Shown in pieces: positions 63,983 through 64,000 of a DNA stretch of 64,000 nt. Where the stretch lies: the NCBI GenBank assembly GCA_900554275.1, contig USGS01000001.1, forward strand, positions 5,036-69,035, in the 5' to 3' direction. The DNA is from an uncultured Eubacteriales bacterium (lineage in GTDB: Bacteria > Bacillota > Clostridia > Oscillospirales > Oscillospiraceae). A program made the position numbers and the translations under genes. A model generated the notes under the pieces. It was not told the DNA's origin, made no database searches, and saw nothing but the letters and a program-made list of their open reading frames with translations. Position 1 is the stretch's first letter; each line of letters starts with the position of its first letter.

Positions 63983-64000
63983 ACCTCCCTGTTGTCCATA

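Noticed and set aside
1-64000. CRISPR arrays, rRNA, tRNA, prophage structural genes
   Set aside because: No regularly spaced short direct repeats, no rRNA-like conserved stretches, no capsid/terminase/tail motifs recognised. tRNA could not be excluded rigorously without a scanner.

Overview
High-GC (~62-65%) Firmicutes/Clostridia-like chromosome segment (spore-former: a spoVT 3' portion is present). Three blocks are visible.

(1) 1-13.7 kb is mobile-element cargo. It holds a mobilisation module (MOB relaxase, MobC-like, Cys-rich VLP protein), a frameshifted tyrosine integrase, a ClpX-like AAA+ ATPase operon, a DUF6088/AbiEi-like gene, a membrane-spanning ECF sigma fusion with a lipoprotein, an XRE regulator and a RhuM gene. 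A conserved palindromic operator occurs three times and a promoter/5'-end module is duplicated.

(2) 13.7-15.9 kb encodes a large serine recombinase fused in-frame to the C-terminal (GAF-like) part of SpoVT. This looks like the right end of a skin-like intervening element inserted in spoVT.

(3) 15.9-64 kb is chromosomal. It contains a 10.7-kb ABC-transporter-dependent cell-wall polysaccharide cluster (Glf, WbqC, DegT aminotransferase, ATP-grasp, GT2, a GT56-like/acetyltransferase fusion, Wzm/Wzt) flanked by identical palindromic terminators. Next come a DEDD exonuclease and an EAL c-di-GMP phosphodiesterase. A complete Gram-positive type IV pilus locus follows (pilB, pilT, pilC, pilA, pilD, pilM, pilN, pilO and four minor pilins), including a 2104-aa GLUG-motif protein that overlaps or is frameshift-linked to a minor pilin. 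Convergent to it are a SipW-type-signal GLUG protein, a DUF4430 lipoprotein and a 2560-aa surface protein transcribed from a consensus promoter with a ~600-nt leader. The window ends with a LysR regulator, a heavy-metal P1B-ATPase with a CopZ-like chaperone, an ArsR-AraC fusion regulator and an L-asparaginase.

No rRNA, tRNA or CRISPR array was recognised. Many long ORFs antisense to real genes are high-GC artefacts.
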